Below, piece by piece: positions 56,318 through 64,000 of a DNA stretch of 64,000 bases. Source of the DNA: Candidatus Latescibacterota bacterium (GTDB lineage: Bacteria > Latescibacterota > UBA2968 > UBA8231); contig CBDCXV010000011.1 in NCBI GenBank assembly GCA_965223905.1, positions 160,001-224,000 of the forward strand, in the 5' to 3' direction. Position numbers and translations under genes: made by a program. A model generated the notes under the pieces. It did not search any database. It was not told the origin of the DNA and was given only the letters and a program-made list of their open reading frames with translations. Positions within the stretch are counted from its first letter, which is position 1, and every line of letters begins with the position of its first letter.

Positions 56318-57271
56318 TCAGCAGTTCCCTCGACGCCAGCCCACCTGAGCTGCAACTCGATCGAACGTCCCTTGTTGTCCAAGGCGGTTGAGATCGAGCC
56401 AGCGCAGGCGCCGGTCTTTTCTGAACCAGGTATTTTGGCGCTTGGCATACCTGCGCGAGCGCTGTTTGATCGCATCAACCTCTCTCGCCAAGTTGGTTCC
56501 TTCCTCGAGATGACGGGCAAGTTCATCATACCCAAGTGAACCGAAACCTGCACTGGATCTGGTGAATCCCATTTCCAGTAGCTTGGCGGTTTCACGCATC
56601 CATCCCTCGGCCATCATCCTATCGACGCGGTCATTCACGCGCCGGTACAAGGTTTCCCGATCGCGCCACAAACCGAACATCATCGGTGTATCTGGAAGCC
56701 CTGTCTGCGAATGCAGTCGAAAGTGTTGCGACCGATTTTCCGAGGTCCCCAGGGAGATCTCGAGGGCCCGCAGGATGCGGGGCGTATCGTTAGGGGATAT
56801 GCTGGCATAAGCGATGGGATCGAGCTTGCCCAGTTCATGATGGAGACTTGCCAGACCTTCTTCTTCAAGCTTGCTTGTCAACGTTTTCCTAAGATCGGGA
56901 GTGGGGATGTCGGTCTCGAACAGTCCGTCTACGAGGGCTGACAAGTACAGACCAGATCCCCCTATCACTATCGGCATAGTCCCCCGACTGTGGAGCGCCG
57001 AAATCAGGGGTCGCGCCTCGCGAGCGAATCTGCCTGCGCTATAATATTCGTCGGGATTGCAAATGTCGATGAAATGGTGGACGATCTGTTCCTGGTCTTC
57101 CCGGGACGGCTTGGCAGTACCGATATCCATGAAACGATAGATCTGACAGCTGTCTACGGAGACTATCTCGCCATTGAAAGCCCGCGCCAATTGGAGTCCA
57201 AGGGATGACTTTCCCACAGCTGTAGGGCCGGTAATTACGATTGTTTCTCGTTTTTCTACGCGATCAGGCAA
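56318..57271 (-). CDS. miaA: tRNA dimethylallyltransferase
   Basis: GPTAVGKS, DSCQIY..MDIGTAKP, GGSGLY, YAKRQNTWF. Confidence 0.96.
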   Translation of the reverse strand: MPDRVEKRETIVITGPTAVGKSSLGLQLARAFNGEIVSVDSCQIYRFMDIGTAKPSREDQEQIVHHFIDICNPDEYYSAGRFAREARPLISALHSRGTMPIVIGGSGLYLSALVDGLFETDIPTPDLRKTLTSKLEEEGLASLHHELGKLDPIAYASISPNDTPRILRALEISLGTSENRSQHFRLHSQTGLPDTPMMFGLWRDRETLYRRVNDRVDRMMAEGWMRETAKLLEMGFTRSSAGFGSLGYDELARHLEEGTNLAREVDAIKQRSRRYAKRQNTWFRKDRRLRWLDLNRLGQQGTFDRVAAQVGWRRGNC

Positions 57272-57378
57272 GGGTCGGTTCTGATGCCATTTCGGGCAAA
57301 TCCGTTCCGCAACGACCCGCCTTGAGAGATGGAACCAAAAACTCCTGCAATCATGTTCTGATCAAAGGAGTATTAGGA

Positions 57379-57456
57379 TGGTCGGGGTGGGCGGATTCGA
57401 ACCGCCGACCCCCTGCTCCCGAAGCAGGTGCGCTAACCGGACTGCGCTACACCCCG
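57379..57456 (-). tRNA. tRNA-Pro(CGG)
   Basis: Anticodon arm CCTGC-TTCGGGA-GCAGG, CCA end. Confidence 0.96.
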
Positions 57457-57549
57457 AATGCCGACGTTGTGCACGTACTTAAATGGTAAATGGGCCATGA
57501 GTTGTTCACCCTGCGAGGGGCGATGACCCATGACCCATTTGTGAAAAGA

Positions 57550-57626
<77 letters not shown>

Positions 57627-57657
57627 ACGACCTGTCTACCTCACGAAACGGAAGAAA

Positions 57658-57734
57658 TGGCGAGCTATACAGGATTCGAACCTGTGACCTCTAGCTCCGG
57701 AGGCTAGCGCTCTATCCAGCTGAGCTAATAGCTC
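57658..57734 (-). tRNA. tRNA-Arg(CCG)
   Basis: Anticodon arm CTAGC-CTCCGGA-GCTAG, CCA end. Confidence 0.95.
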
Positions 57735-57773
57735 GCAACTGCGACCGAATCCCGGTCGAAGCGACCAAAACGC

Positions 57774-57869
57774 TTACAGAGCGCGCTTCTTGTGTCGATT
57801 TTTTCGCAAACGCTTTTTGCGTTTGTGTGTGTTGATCTTATGCCGCTTTCTCTTCTTCCCACACGGCAT
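57774..57869 (-). CDS. AURKAIP1/COX24-domain small basic protein (ribosomal bS22/mS38-like), 31 aa; not in ORF track
   Basis: MPCGKKRKRHKINTHKRKKRLRKNRHKKRAL. Confidence 0.88.
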   Translation of the reverse strand: MPCGKKRKRHKINTHKRKKRLRKNRHKKRAL

Positions 57870-58170
57870 CTTTCTTTGCTCCTGTCGGGGAACCGCTATT
57901 TTCCACACGGCCCCTCAGTTCCTTGGATGGTTTGAAAACGGGCGCTCGACGCCTAGATATCTTGACCTCTGACCCGGTACGAGGATTGCGACCAGTTCGC
58001 GGCGCCCTGCTAATGGCTTTGAAAGTTCCGAATCCCCTGATCTCGATGTGCTCCCCACTCTGCAGCGCATCGACCACCGATTCGATAAAGCCATCGACCA
58101 CTGCTGCCGTGTCGGTTTTCGTCAAGCCCGTGGCATGGGCGATCTGCCGAACGATATCAGCCTTGGTCAA
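57838..58170 (-). CDS. HU/IHF family DNA-binding protein
   Basis: TKADIV, IEIRGFGTF, GRNPRTG, PVFKPSK; GGAGGAG RBS before TTG. Confidence 0.95.
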   Translation of the reverse strand: MTKADIVRQIAHATGLTKTDTAAVVDGFIESVVDALQSGEHIEIRGFGTFKAISRAPRTGRNPRTGSEVKISRRRAPVFKPSKELRGRVENSGSPTGAKKDAVWEEEKAA

Positions 58171-58421
58171 GACCGCTCCTCCCTTTGTCAACCATAACGC
58201 GAAGGCTTCGAAACATCCTTCATTTAGGTATGATACACTGAGAAAACCAAAACGTCTGTTGGTCTACGATCCGTTCTGGAGCCCACCTCGAACTTCAATC
58301 GGATTTCTGAGCTAGTGTCCCGTCGCAGAGATAGATTGTCATAATTGGGACGCCGTGAGCCGGGCGCCTCGGCGTCCCAATGGCGACATATTTCTGCGAC
58401 GAGACAATAGATCGAATACTG

Positions 58422-58450
58422 ATGATAACCAAACCCACGGGGGTTGTCAA
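58422..58450 (-). promoter_or_regulatory. putative sigma70 promoter of the HU-bS22-tRNA unit
   Basis: TTGACA-N17-TATCAT. Confidence 0.65.
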
Positions 58451-58529
58451 GGGACTAAAATGCTCATGAATCACGCTATCACGCTCAGGTCCAGACGCTT
58501 ACGCCGTTTCATCTACAGGGGACGACCCG

Positions 58530-59300
58530 TCACCGGACGGCTGTGTCACCCATGACGAAAACCTCTTCCAAGTCCCAGAAGTCGACATCCGACTGCAGGA
58601 ATACTGCCTTGAAAAGAGGGTCCTTCTGCTGTTCCTTGACCTCGGTGACATAGCCGACTGTAATACCCTTGGGATATCGACCGCCGAGACCTGATGTAAC
58701 GACGCGATCACCTGGCTCGATAATGCTGCTTGCATCGACGTACCGAAGCTGAAACCTCCCCCCGGGAACCCACGAAATGATCCCTTGAGCGCGGCCCCGC
58801 TGTACCACGGAACTGACTCGGGAACGCATTATCAACTGAACTGTAGAAGCGTTCTCCCCGACGTGAATTACGTGGCCCACCAGACCCGCTGCCGTCACAA
58901 CCGGCTGTTCGGTCTCGATTCCTGCGTTGCTTCCGGCGTTGATGACGATGGTGTCGTACAGCTGATCAGGGTCCCTCCCAATGACCTCGGCCGGAATCAG
59001 GTTGCTGAACGGCCTTCGTTGTGGAAACTCAAGCTCCAATCGCAGGCGGCGATTCTCTTCGGCGGCCTCTCGCAGTTGCATGTTTTCCAGTGAAAGACGG
59101 ACGTTCTCGGCGAGCAGGTAGCGGGATTTCCTCTCACTCCGCGAATATCTGGCTACCCGGGAGAATAACCACTGCCCCGAATTCAGAATTGTGGACCGGG
59201 AGTAGTCGGAAATTTTGTTCTGGTGCACTTCGGGTAGTCCCATCATCGTCAGAGACAGAACTACTAGGATGAAGATGACAAGACGACTTCTGTTAGGCAT
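58530..59300 (-). CDS. mreC: rod shape-determining protein MreC
   Basis: TM, coiled coil ENRRLR, AEVIGRD, GLVG, VVTSGLGGRYPKGI. Confidence 0.93.
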   Translation of the reverse strand: MPNRSRLVIFILVVLSLTMMGLPEVHQNKISDYSRSTILNSGQWLFSRVARYSRSERKSRYLLAENVRLSLENMQLREAAEENRRLRLELEFPQRRPFSNLIPAEVIGRDPDQLYDTIVINAGSNAGIETEQPVVTAAGLVGHVIHVGENASTVQLIMRSRVSSVVQRGRAQGIISWVPGGRFQLRYVDASSIIEPGDRVVTSGLGGRYPKGITVGYVTEVKEQQKDPLFKAVFLQSDVDFWDLEEVFVMGDTAVR

Positions 59301-59385
59301 TCAGCGCTCTCACGAGCCGCCCTGTTTCCGAACTGCCGACAGCAGCATACCCCTAGCGAGGCGCGAAATCAGTACCTCAGCAGCG

Positions 59386-60405
59386 TCAGAAAAGAACCTT
59401 CTGGTAGCGATCGAACTCATCGAGGACGCGCGCATTTCCGCGGACCACAGCGGAAAGGGGATCTTCCGTGTCTAGATAGGTAGGCAGGCTCGTCGCCTCG
59501 ATCAAACGCTCGCGCAAACCCCGCAGCTTTCCCCCACCGCCACTGAGAACCATGCCGCGGTCGAGGATGTCAGCCGCCAATTCGGGTGGAGTCCTTTCCA
59601 AGGCGCGGCGCACCCCCGCAATGATCTGCTCGACAGGTTCACTCAGGGCCTCCCGTATTTCTCGGGAGTCTACGGTCAGCGTCTTTGGAATCGCCGCTAC
59701 GAGATCTCTGCCGCGTACCGGCGCTTCCTCTTCGGGCTCCAGCGGAACGGCCGAACCGATCTGGAATTTCACTTGCTCCGCATTGCGGGGACCGATCAGC
59801 AGATTGTACTTCTTGCGCATCCACTCGATGATGGCGAGATCCATCTCATCACCTGCAACGCGGATCGATTCGGGAGTTACCATTCCGGACAGAGCGATAA
59901 CGGCGATCTCCGTTGTGCCTCCACCGACGTCTATCACCATCGATCCGACTGCTTGCTCGACCGGAAGACCGATCCCGATGGCAGCCGCCATCGGTTCACT
60001 GACCAAGTAGACATCGCGGGCCCCCACCCTCTCGCAGGAATTCCGAACCGCCCGCTTCTCCACCTGGGTGGCTCCGGAAGGGACGGAGACGATGATCCTT
60101 GGCCGCACGAACAGCTTGTTGCGCTGCACTTTACGAATAAAATGCCGAATCATTTCTTCGGTGACTTCGAAATCGGCGATGACCCCATCTTTCAATGGCC
60201 GTATCGTCTCGATCTCGGAATTCTCACGGCCCATCATCTCTTTGGCTTCGGCTCCGACGGCAATGGTCTTTTTCGTTATTATGTGCCGCGCCACGATGCT
60301 CGGCTCGTTCAATACGATACCCTCGCCCTTGATGTATATCAGAGTGTTGGCGGTACCGAGGTCAATTCCGATGTCGTTGGAAAGAAATCCATTCAGGAAA
60401 GCCAT
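59386..60405 (-). CDS. mreB: rod shape-determining protein MreB
   Basis: IDLGTANT, RPLKDGVIADF, EPMAAAIG, DVGGGTTE. Confidence 0.97.
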   Translation of the reverse strand: MAFLNGFLSNDIGIDLGTANTLIYIKGEGIVLNEPSIVARHIITKKTIAVGAEAKEMMGRENSEIETIRPLKDGVIADFEVTEEMIRHFIRKVQRNKLFVRPRIIVSVPSGATQVEKRAVRNSCERVGARDVYLVSEPMAAAIGIGLPVEQAVGSMVIDVGGGTTEIAVIALSGMVTPESIRVAGDEMDLAIIEWMRKKYNLLIGPRNAEQVKFQIGSAVPLEPEEEAPVRGRDLVAAIPKTLTVDSREIREALSEPVEQIIAGVRRALERTPPELAADILDRGMVLSGGGGKLRGLRERLIEATSLPTYLDTEDPLSAVVRGNARVLDEFDRYQKVLF

Positions 60406-60789
60406 TGCAGGAATACTCTCCCTCTTCACGCTCGGCGTTCACAAACAGCCGTTTGTTTGAATTTCGGGACTATGTGCTTCGGCTTCCAGCTTGCCGACGG
60501 GCCGGCAGAACGCCCAGAACCCCCCAGCCCTTCTCAGAATTCGGGGATCCGAAGGGATGACTCGCCGCGAAAAAAGCGTCTACGCGGAGGTGCCAAACAG
60601 AGCGCCGAACCTTCATTTCGACATATGCGAGGCGCGCGGAAAGATAAGGACACCGTTCGGGTTCGCCAACTGGCAACGTTTCGCATAGATGATGCTAACC
60701 TTATATTATTTCACGGCATAAGGATGGTCGCAGTTCCCGAACATCTACGTCTATGCTGACAACACAATAGTCGCAAGGGAGGCTCCAGA

Positions 60790-61290
60790 ATGAACCGCGC
60801 TGCCCGCTCCGTGCTTCGAAAAATCGGCACCGATCCCAGTCTCGAGGCGGAACAGGAGCGACGCCTAGAAGGGGAAGCGGATGACGCCAAGAGTCGCCTG
60901 AACGAGCTTCGTCGCGAATCGGGTGCCGGCGAACCGGATGGATTGAGCCAAGTTCCCCAAGAAATGCTGAGCGAATCCGAGAAACGCCACGAGAAATACA
61001 GGCGACAGCAGGAGGTCGCCGGTCGGTTCGCCCCAGCAGCGGAACGCCTACCGATCATGACTTCAGACGAACGCAAGGAGCGCGACAAGGACCGTCCGAA
61101 GTGGAGGGCGACCAGCTTCGAAGGTCCGATCGAGAAACTGATCGAAAAATACGATCGTGACCTCAACGAGGTTCGGCGACACCTCACCCTTGGCCAGTCC
61201 ATGAAGTACGAGTTCACGGATGACGGCAAGGTCCTCGACACAGAAGGCAACACCATATTCGACGGGGAAAAAATCCTCACGTCCCCGTAG
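60790..61290 (+). CDS. hypothetical protein
   Basis: 166-aa charged ORF with GGAGG RBS; no recognised motif. Confidence 0.65.
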   Translation: MNRAARSVLRKIGTDPSLEAEQERRLEGEADDAKSRLNELRRESGAGEPDGLSQVPQEMLSESEKRHEKYRRQQEVAGRFAPAAERLPIMTSDERKERDKDRPKWRATSFEGPIEKLIEKYDRDLNEVRRHLTLGQSMKYEFTDDGKVLDTEGNTIFDGEKILTSP

Positions 61291-62083
61291 CGCCCCAACT
61301 CCCAAGAGTGCCGAACAACCAACACGTCACTGCCACAATCCTCACTCGCACGACCTGAATATCACCCGCTTTCTACCCCCAATTTGTGCTGTTGCTCTAC
61401 TCTGCTGCAACGAGAAAGCCGAGTCACCACCCGGACCATCGGAACAGATCGATCTGCTTGCGAAACGCGGCCGGGATCATCTCAAGAAGGGAGAACCGTT
61501 CCGGGCGATTGCCAGCTTTCGCATGATCCTGCACATCGATAGCCTGAACGTCGAGGCCCTTGTTGGACTGGCTGAATCGTTTCACCAGCAGAAAAGATCG
61601 GAATTGGCGGCCAGGTATCGGCGCAGGGCGACCTACCTCACCTATTCTCAAGGTCGGAATTCCCTCGCCAACAACAAGCTGCGCGACGCGATCACAGCCT
61701 TTGAGCGCACTCTCGCGATCGAACCGAACCATCCCCTCGCTTCGACAGGTCTCGGAGAAATCGCCCTGAAAAAAGGCCGAAGGGAAGAGGCACTCGAGCA
61801 CTTCAAAAGCACTACCGAGTCCGCTCCCAACTACTCCCTCGGGTTTTTTTACCTTGGCCACACCCTTGCTGCACTAGGACGCTACTCCGAAGCGCGGGCG
61901 GCGTACGAACGGGCAATTGAACTCAACATCAACTTCCTCGATGCCTACATCGGCCTCGGAGAGGTGCTGATCGCACTGGGAGAACCTCGGCTCGCTGTAG
62001 AGCAGTTCGACAATGCCTTGCTGGTCGATCCGCAATCGACTGTGGCGAAATCGGGTCGGGATCAGGCGATGAAGGCTTTGTGA
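61220..62083 (+). CDS. TPR protein, probably exported/lipoprotein; true start likely downstream (about 61355)
   Basis: ICAVALLCC signal-like stretch; repeated TPR motifs. Confidence 0.75.
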   Translation: MTARSSTQKATPYSTGKKSSRPRSAPTPKSAEQPTRHCHNPHSHDLNITRFLPPICAVALLCCNEKAESPPGPSEQIDLLAKRGRDHLKKGEPFRAIASFRMILHIDSLNVEALVGLAESFHQQKRSELAARYRRRATYLTYSQGRNSLANNKLRDAITAFERTLAIEPNHPLASTGLGEIALKKGRREEALEHFKSTTESAPNYSLGFFYLGHTLAALGRYSEARAAYERAIELNINFLDAYIGLGEVLIALGEPRLAVEQFDNALLVDPQSTVAKSGRDQAMKAL

Positions 62084-62213
62084 AGCAGAGGCCTTGTCTC
62101 GCGACGAATGGGATTCGGGCCGCGGCAGGCTTTCGCGCGCGAATCCCTCGTTTTCTTTCTCCCAGTTTTCGCACATTCTGCAATTTCCAACCTGCCAACG
62201 AGGTTTGACCCGC

Positions 62214-63335
62214 ATGCGAACCGGTGAACGGGTGCGCACGCGCCGGCTCGGGCTGGTGAGTATCGTGGCGATATTCACTCTCGGCGCCATGCTCGGATGC
62301 GGCTTTCGGGTAGGCGACCTTCCCTATTTCTGGCATCTCACAAAAGGCCAGTTGAGGCTGATTCTCAACTGCCGACCCATCCCGGAACTGGTCCGTGAGA
62401 AATCTGTCGGAGCGACAGTAGTCGAAAGGCTCGAGTTCGTTTCCGACGTCAAAGCCTACGCTTTCGAGAAGATCGGACTGACTGCCTCCGACAACTACAG
62501 CTGTTTTTTGGACACCGAAGGCCTACCTGTTCTCTGGAATACAAGCGCCTCGCCACCGGACCGCTTCGAGCCTTACCAATGGCATTTTCCCATCGCGGGA
62601 TCCGTACCCTACAAGGGGTTCTTCCGGCGTGAACTGGCGATCGCCGAAAGGGATTCCCTCAGAGCAGGCGGGTACGACGCCATTGCACGACCGGTAGCGG
62701 CGTACAGCACACTCGGGTTTTTTGCCGACCCGGTGCTCAGCACCATGTTACAGTATCCGGAGGATGCCCTTGCGGACCTCATCATCCATGAACTCACCCA
62801 CTCTGCGATTTACGTTCCCGATCACACGGATTTCAACGAAAGCCTGGCGACGTACGTCGGAAACGTCGGCTCCCTCCGCTTCCTTGAGCACCGCTACGGA
62901 GTCGGCAGCGAAGCGGTGGCCCAGGCACGGGCTCGTCGCGCCGATGTCGAGCTGTTCCGGGTTTTCATGCAGGAGGTGGTCGCCGACCTCGACAGTCTCT
63001 ACAACCAGCAACTGCAACGGAAACAGGTGCTTCGCTTGCGGATCGACCTTTTCCGCGCATGGCAGCGGCGATTCGAAGCAAAACTCCCGAAGTTTTCCGA
63101 TCCTTCGCGATACCGGGGATTTCTCGAATGGGAAATTAACAACGCCCGCCTTCTATCTTATCGACGCTACAACAGCCGCCAGGAGCTCTTCGCTGAATTG
63201 TACGGCTTGACAGGAAACGATCTGCGCCAATCCTTGGAGTTGCTCAAAGATTGCGAGAATGCCGAGGATCCCTGGAGGTTCGCGGAGGATCTCCTTTCCC
63301 GAGTTCGCGACTTCGTCGCCCCCGGCAAGACATGA
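62214..63335 (+). CDS. putative zinc aminopeptidase (DUF2265-like), exported
   Basis: WHFPIAGSVPYKGFF, AYSTLGFFADP, IIHELTH, FNESLA. Confidence 0.85.
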   Translation: MRTGERVRTRRLGLVSIVAIFTLGAMLGCGFRVGDLPYFWHLTKGQLRLILNCRPIPELVREKSVGATVVERLEFVSDVKAYAFEKIGLTASDNYSCFLDTEGLPVLWNTSASPPDRFEPYQWHFPIAGSVPYKGFFRRELAIAERDSLRAGGYDAIARPVAAYSTLGFFADPVLSTMLQYPEDALADLIIHELTHSAIYVPDHTDFNESLATYVGNVGSLRFLEHRYGVGSEAVAQARARRADVELFRVFMQEVVADLDSLYNQQLQRKQVLRLRIDLFRAWQRRFEAKLPKFSDPSRYRGFLEWEINNARLLSYRRYNSRQELFAELYGLTGNDLRQSLELLKDCENAEDPWRFAEDLLSRVRDFVAPGKT

Positions 63336-63345
63336 TGGAGGCAGT

Positions 63346-64000
63346 ATGAAATCGGTGCTGGATCGATTCCGTCTAGACGACTCCATCGCCATGGTGACGG
63401 GGGCCAGTTTCGGACTTGGAAAGGCCATGGCGGAGGGTCTAGCGGAAGCTGGAGCGGATATCGTCGGAATCAGCCGCGAACGGGTCAATCTTGCCGAGGT
63501 CGAGCAAGCGGTCGAAGCCTGTGGGGGCCGTTTTCTCGCCCTGGAGTGCGATGTCGGCGACCGACGCCAGTTGCGGAAAGCCGTATCCGCTGCCCACGGC
63601 TGGCAGAAACGGCTGGACATCCTTATCAACAACGCGGGAATCATCCACCGGGACGCCGCCGCCGAACACCCTGAAGAAGCCTGGGACGAGGTCCTGCGCG
63701 TCAATCTTGACGCCGTCTGGTTCGGCAGCCAGGCAGCGGGCAAGCTGATGCTGCAGCAGGGTCGCGGGAAGATCATCTCCACTGCTTCAGTGCTCAGTTT
63801 TTCAGGAGGGATTCTCGTTCCCGGGTACGCCGCCAGCAAAGGGGCTATCGCGCAGCTGACCAAGGCGCTGGCCAATGAATGGGCACCTCACGGCGTCAAC
63901 GTAAACGCAATTGCCCCCGGCTACATGGTAACCCGGAACACCACGGCTCTTCGGGCAGACAGCTCCCGCTCGCAGGCGATTCTCGAGCGCATTCCCGCGG
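63346..64000 (+). CDS. kduD: SDR, 2-deoxy-D-gluconate 3-dehydrogenase (KduD-like), 3' truncated by window edge
   Basis: TGASFGLG, NNAGII, LSFSGGILVPGYAASKG, NEWA, NAIAPGY, NTTALRAD. Confidence 0.85.
   Translation, partial: MKSVLDRFRLDDSIAMVTGASFGLGKAMAEGLAEAGADIVGISRERVNLAEVEQAVEACGGRFLALECDVGDRRQLRKAVSAAHGWQKRLDILINNAGIIHRDAAAEHPEEAWDEVLRVNLDAVWFGSQAAGKLMLQQGRGKIISTASVLSFSGGILVPGYAASKGAIAQLTKALANEWAPHGVNVNAIAPGYMVTRNTTALRADSSRSQAILERIPA

Noticed and set aside
60671-60685. Sigma-54 promoter TGGCAACGTTTCGCA
   Set aside because: GG-to-GC spacing is 9 bp, not 10

Overview
GC-rich bacterial chromosomal segment, mostly housekeeping; gene content is compatible with an FCB-group lineage such as Ca. 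Latescibacterota, but that is inference only. The left part (1-35768) is almost all + strand: M16 peptidase pair, valS, NFACT/RqcH, ychF, thiT, a frameshifted aminotransferase, thrC-metB, hemB, two prs, apt, rsgA, hprK, mutL, plus trmJ and a minus-strand murQ cluster. The right part (35874-60405) is all minus strand: leuS, asnS, rimP-nusA-infB-rbfA-truB-riboflavin kinase-rpsO-pnp, der, miaA, four tRNAs, HU, mreBC. A + strand tail ends in a partial kduD-like gene. Best leads: (1) a solo Cre-like tyrosine recombinase exactly at the orientation switch, with a lox/dif-like site overlapping its own near-consensus promoter; (2) a stacked palindrome + MITE + decayed IS, the MITE carrying two NrdR-like boxes 32 bp apart; (3) a kinase-only ribF together with an archaeal RibL-type FAD synthase; (4) an adjacent plant-type threonine synthase / cystathionine gamma-synthase pair; (5) a probable non-catalytic Prs paralog and other pseudoenzyme-like proteins. 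No CRISPR array or prophage seen. All family calls are by motif recognition, with no database searches.
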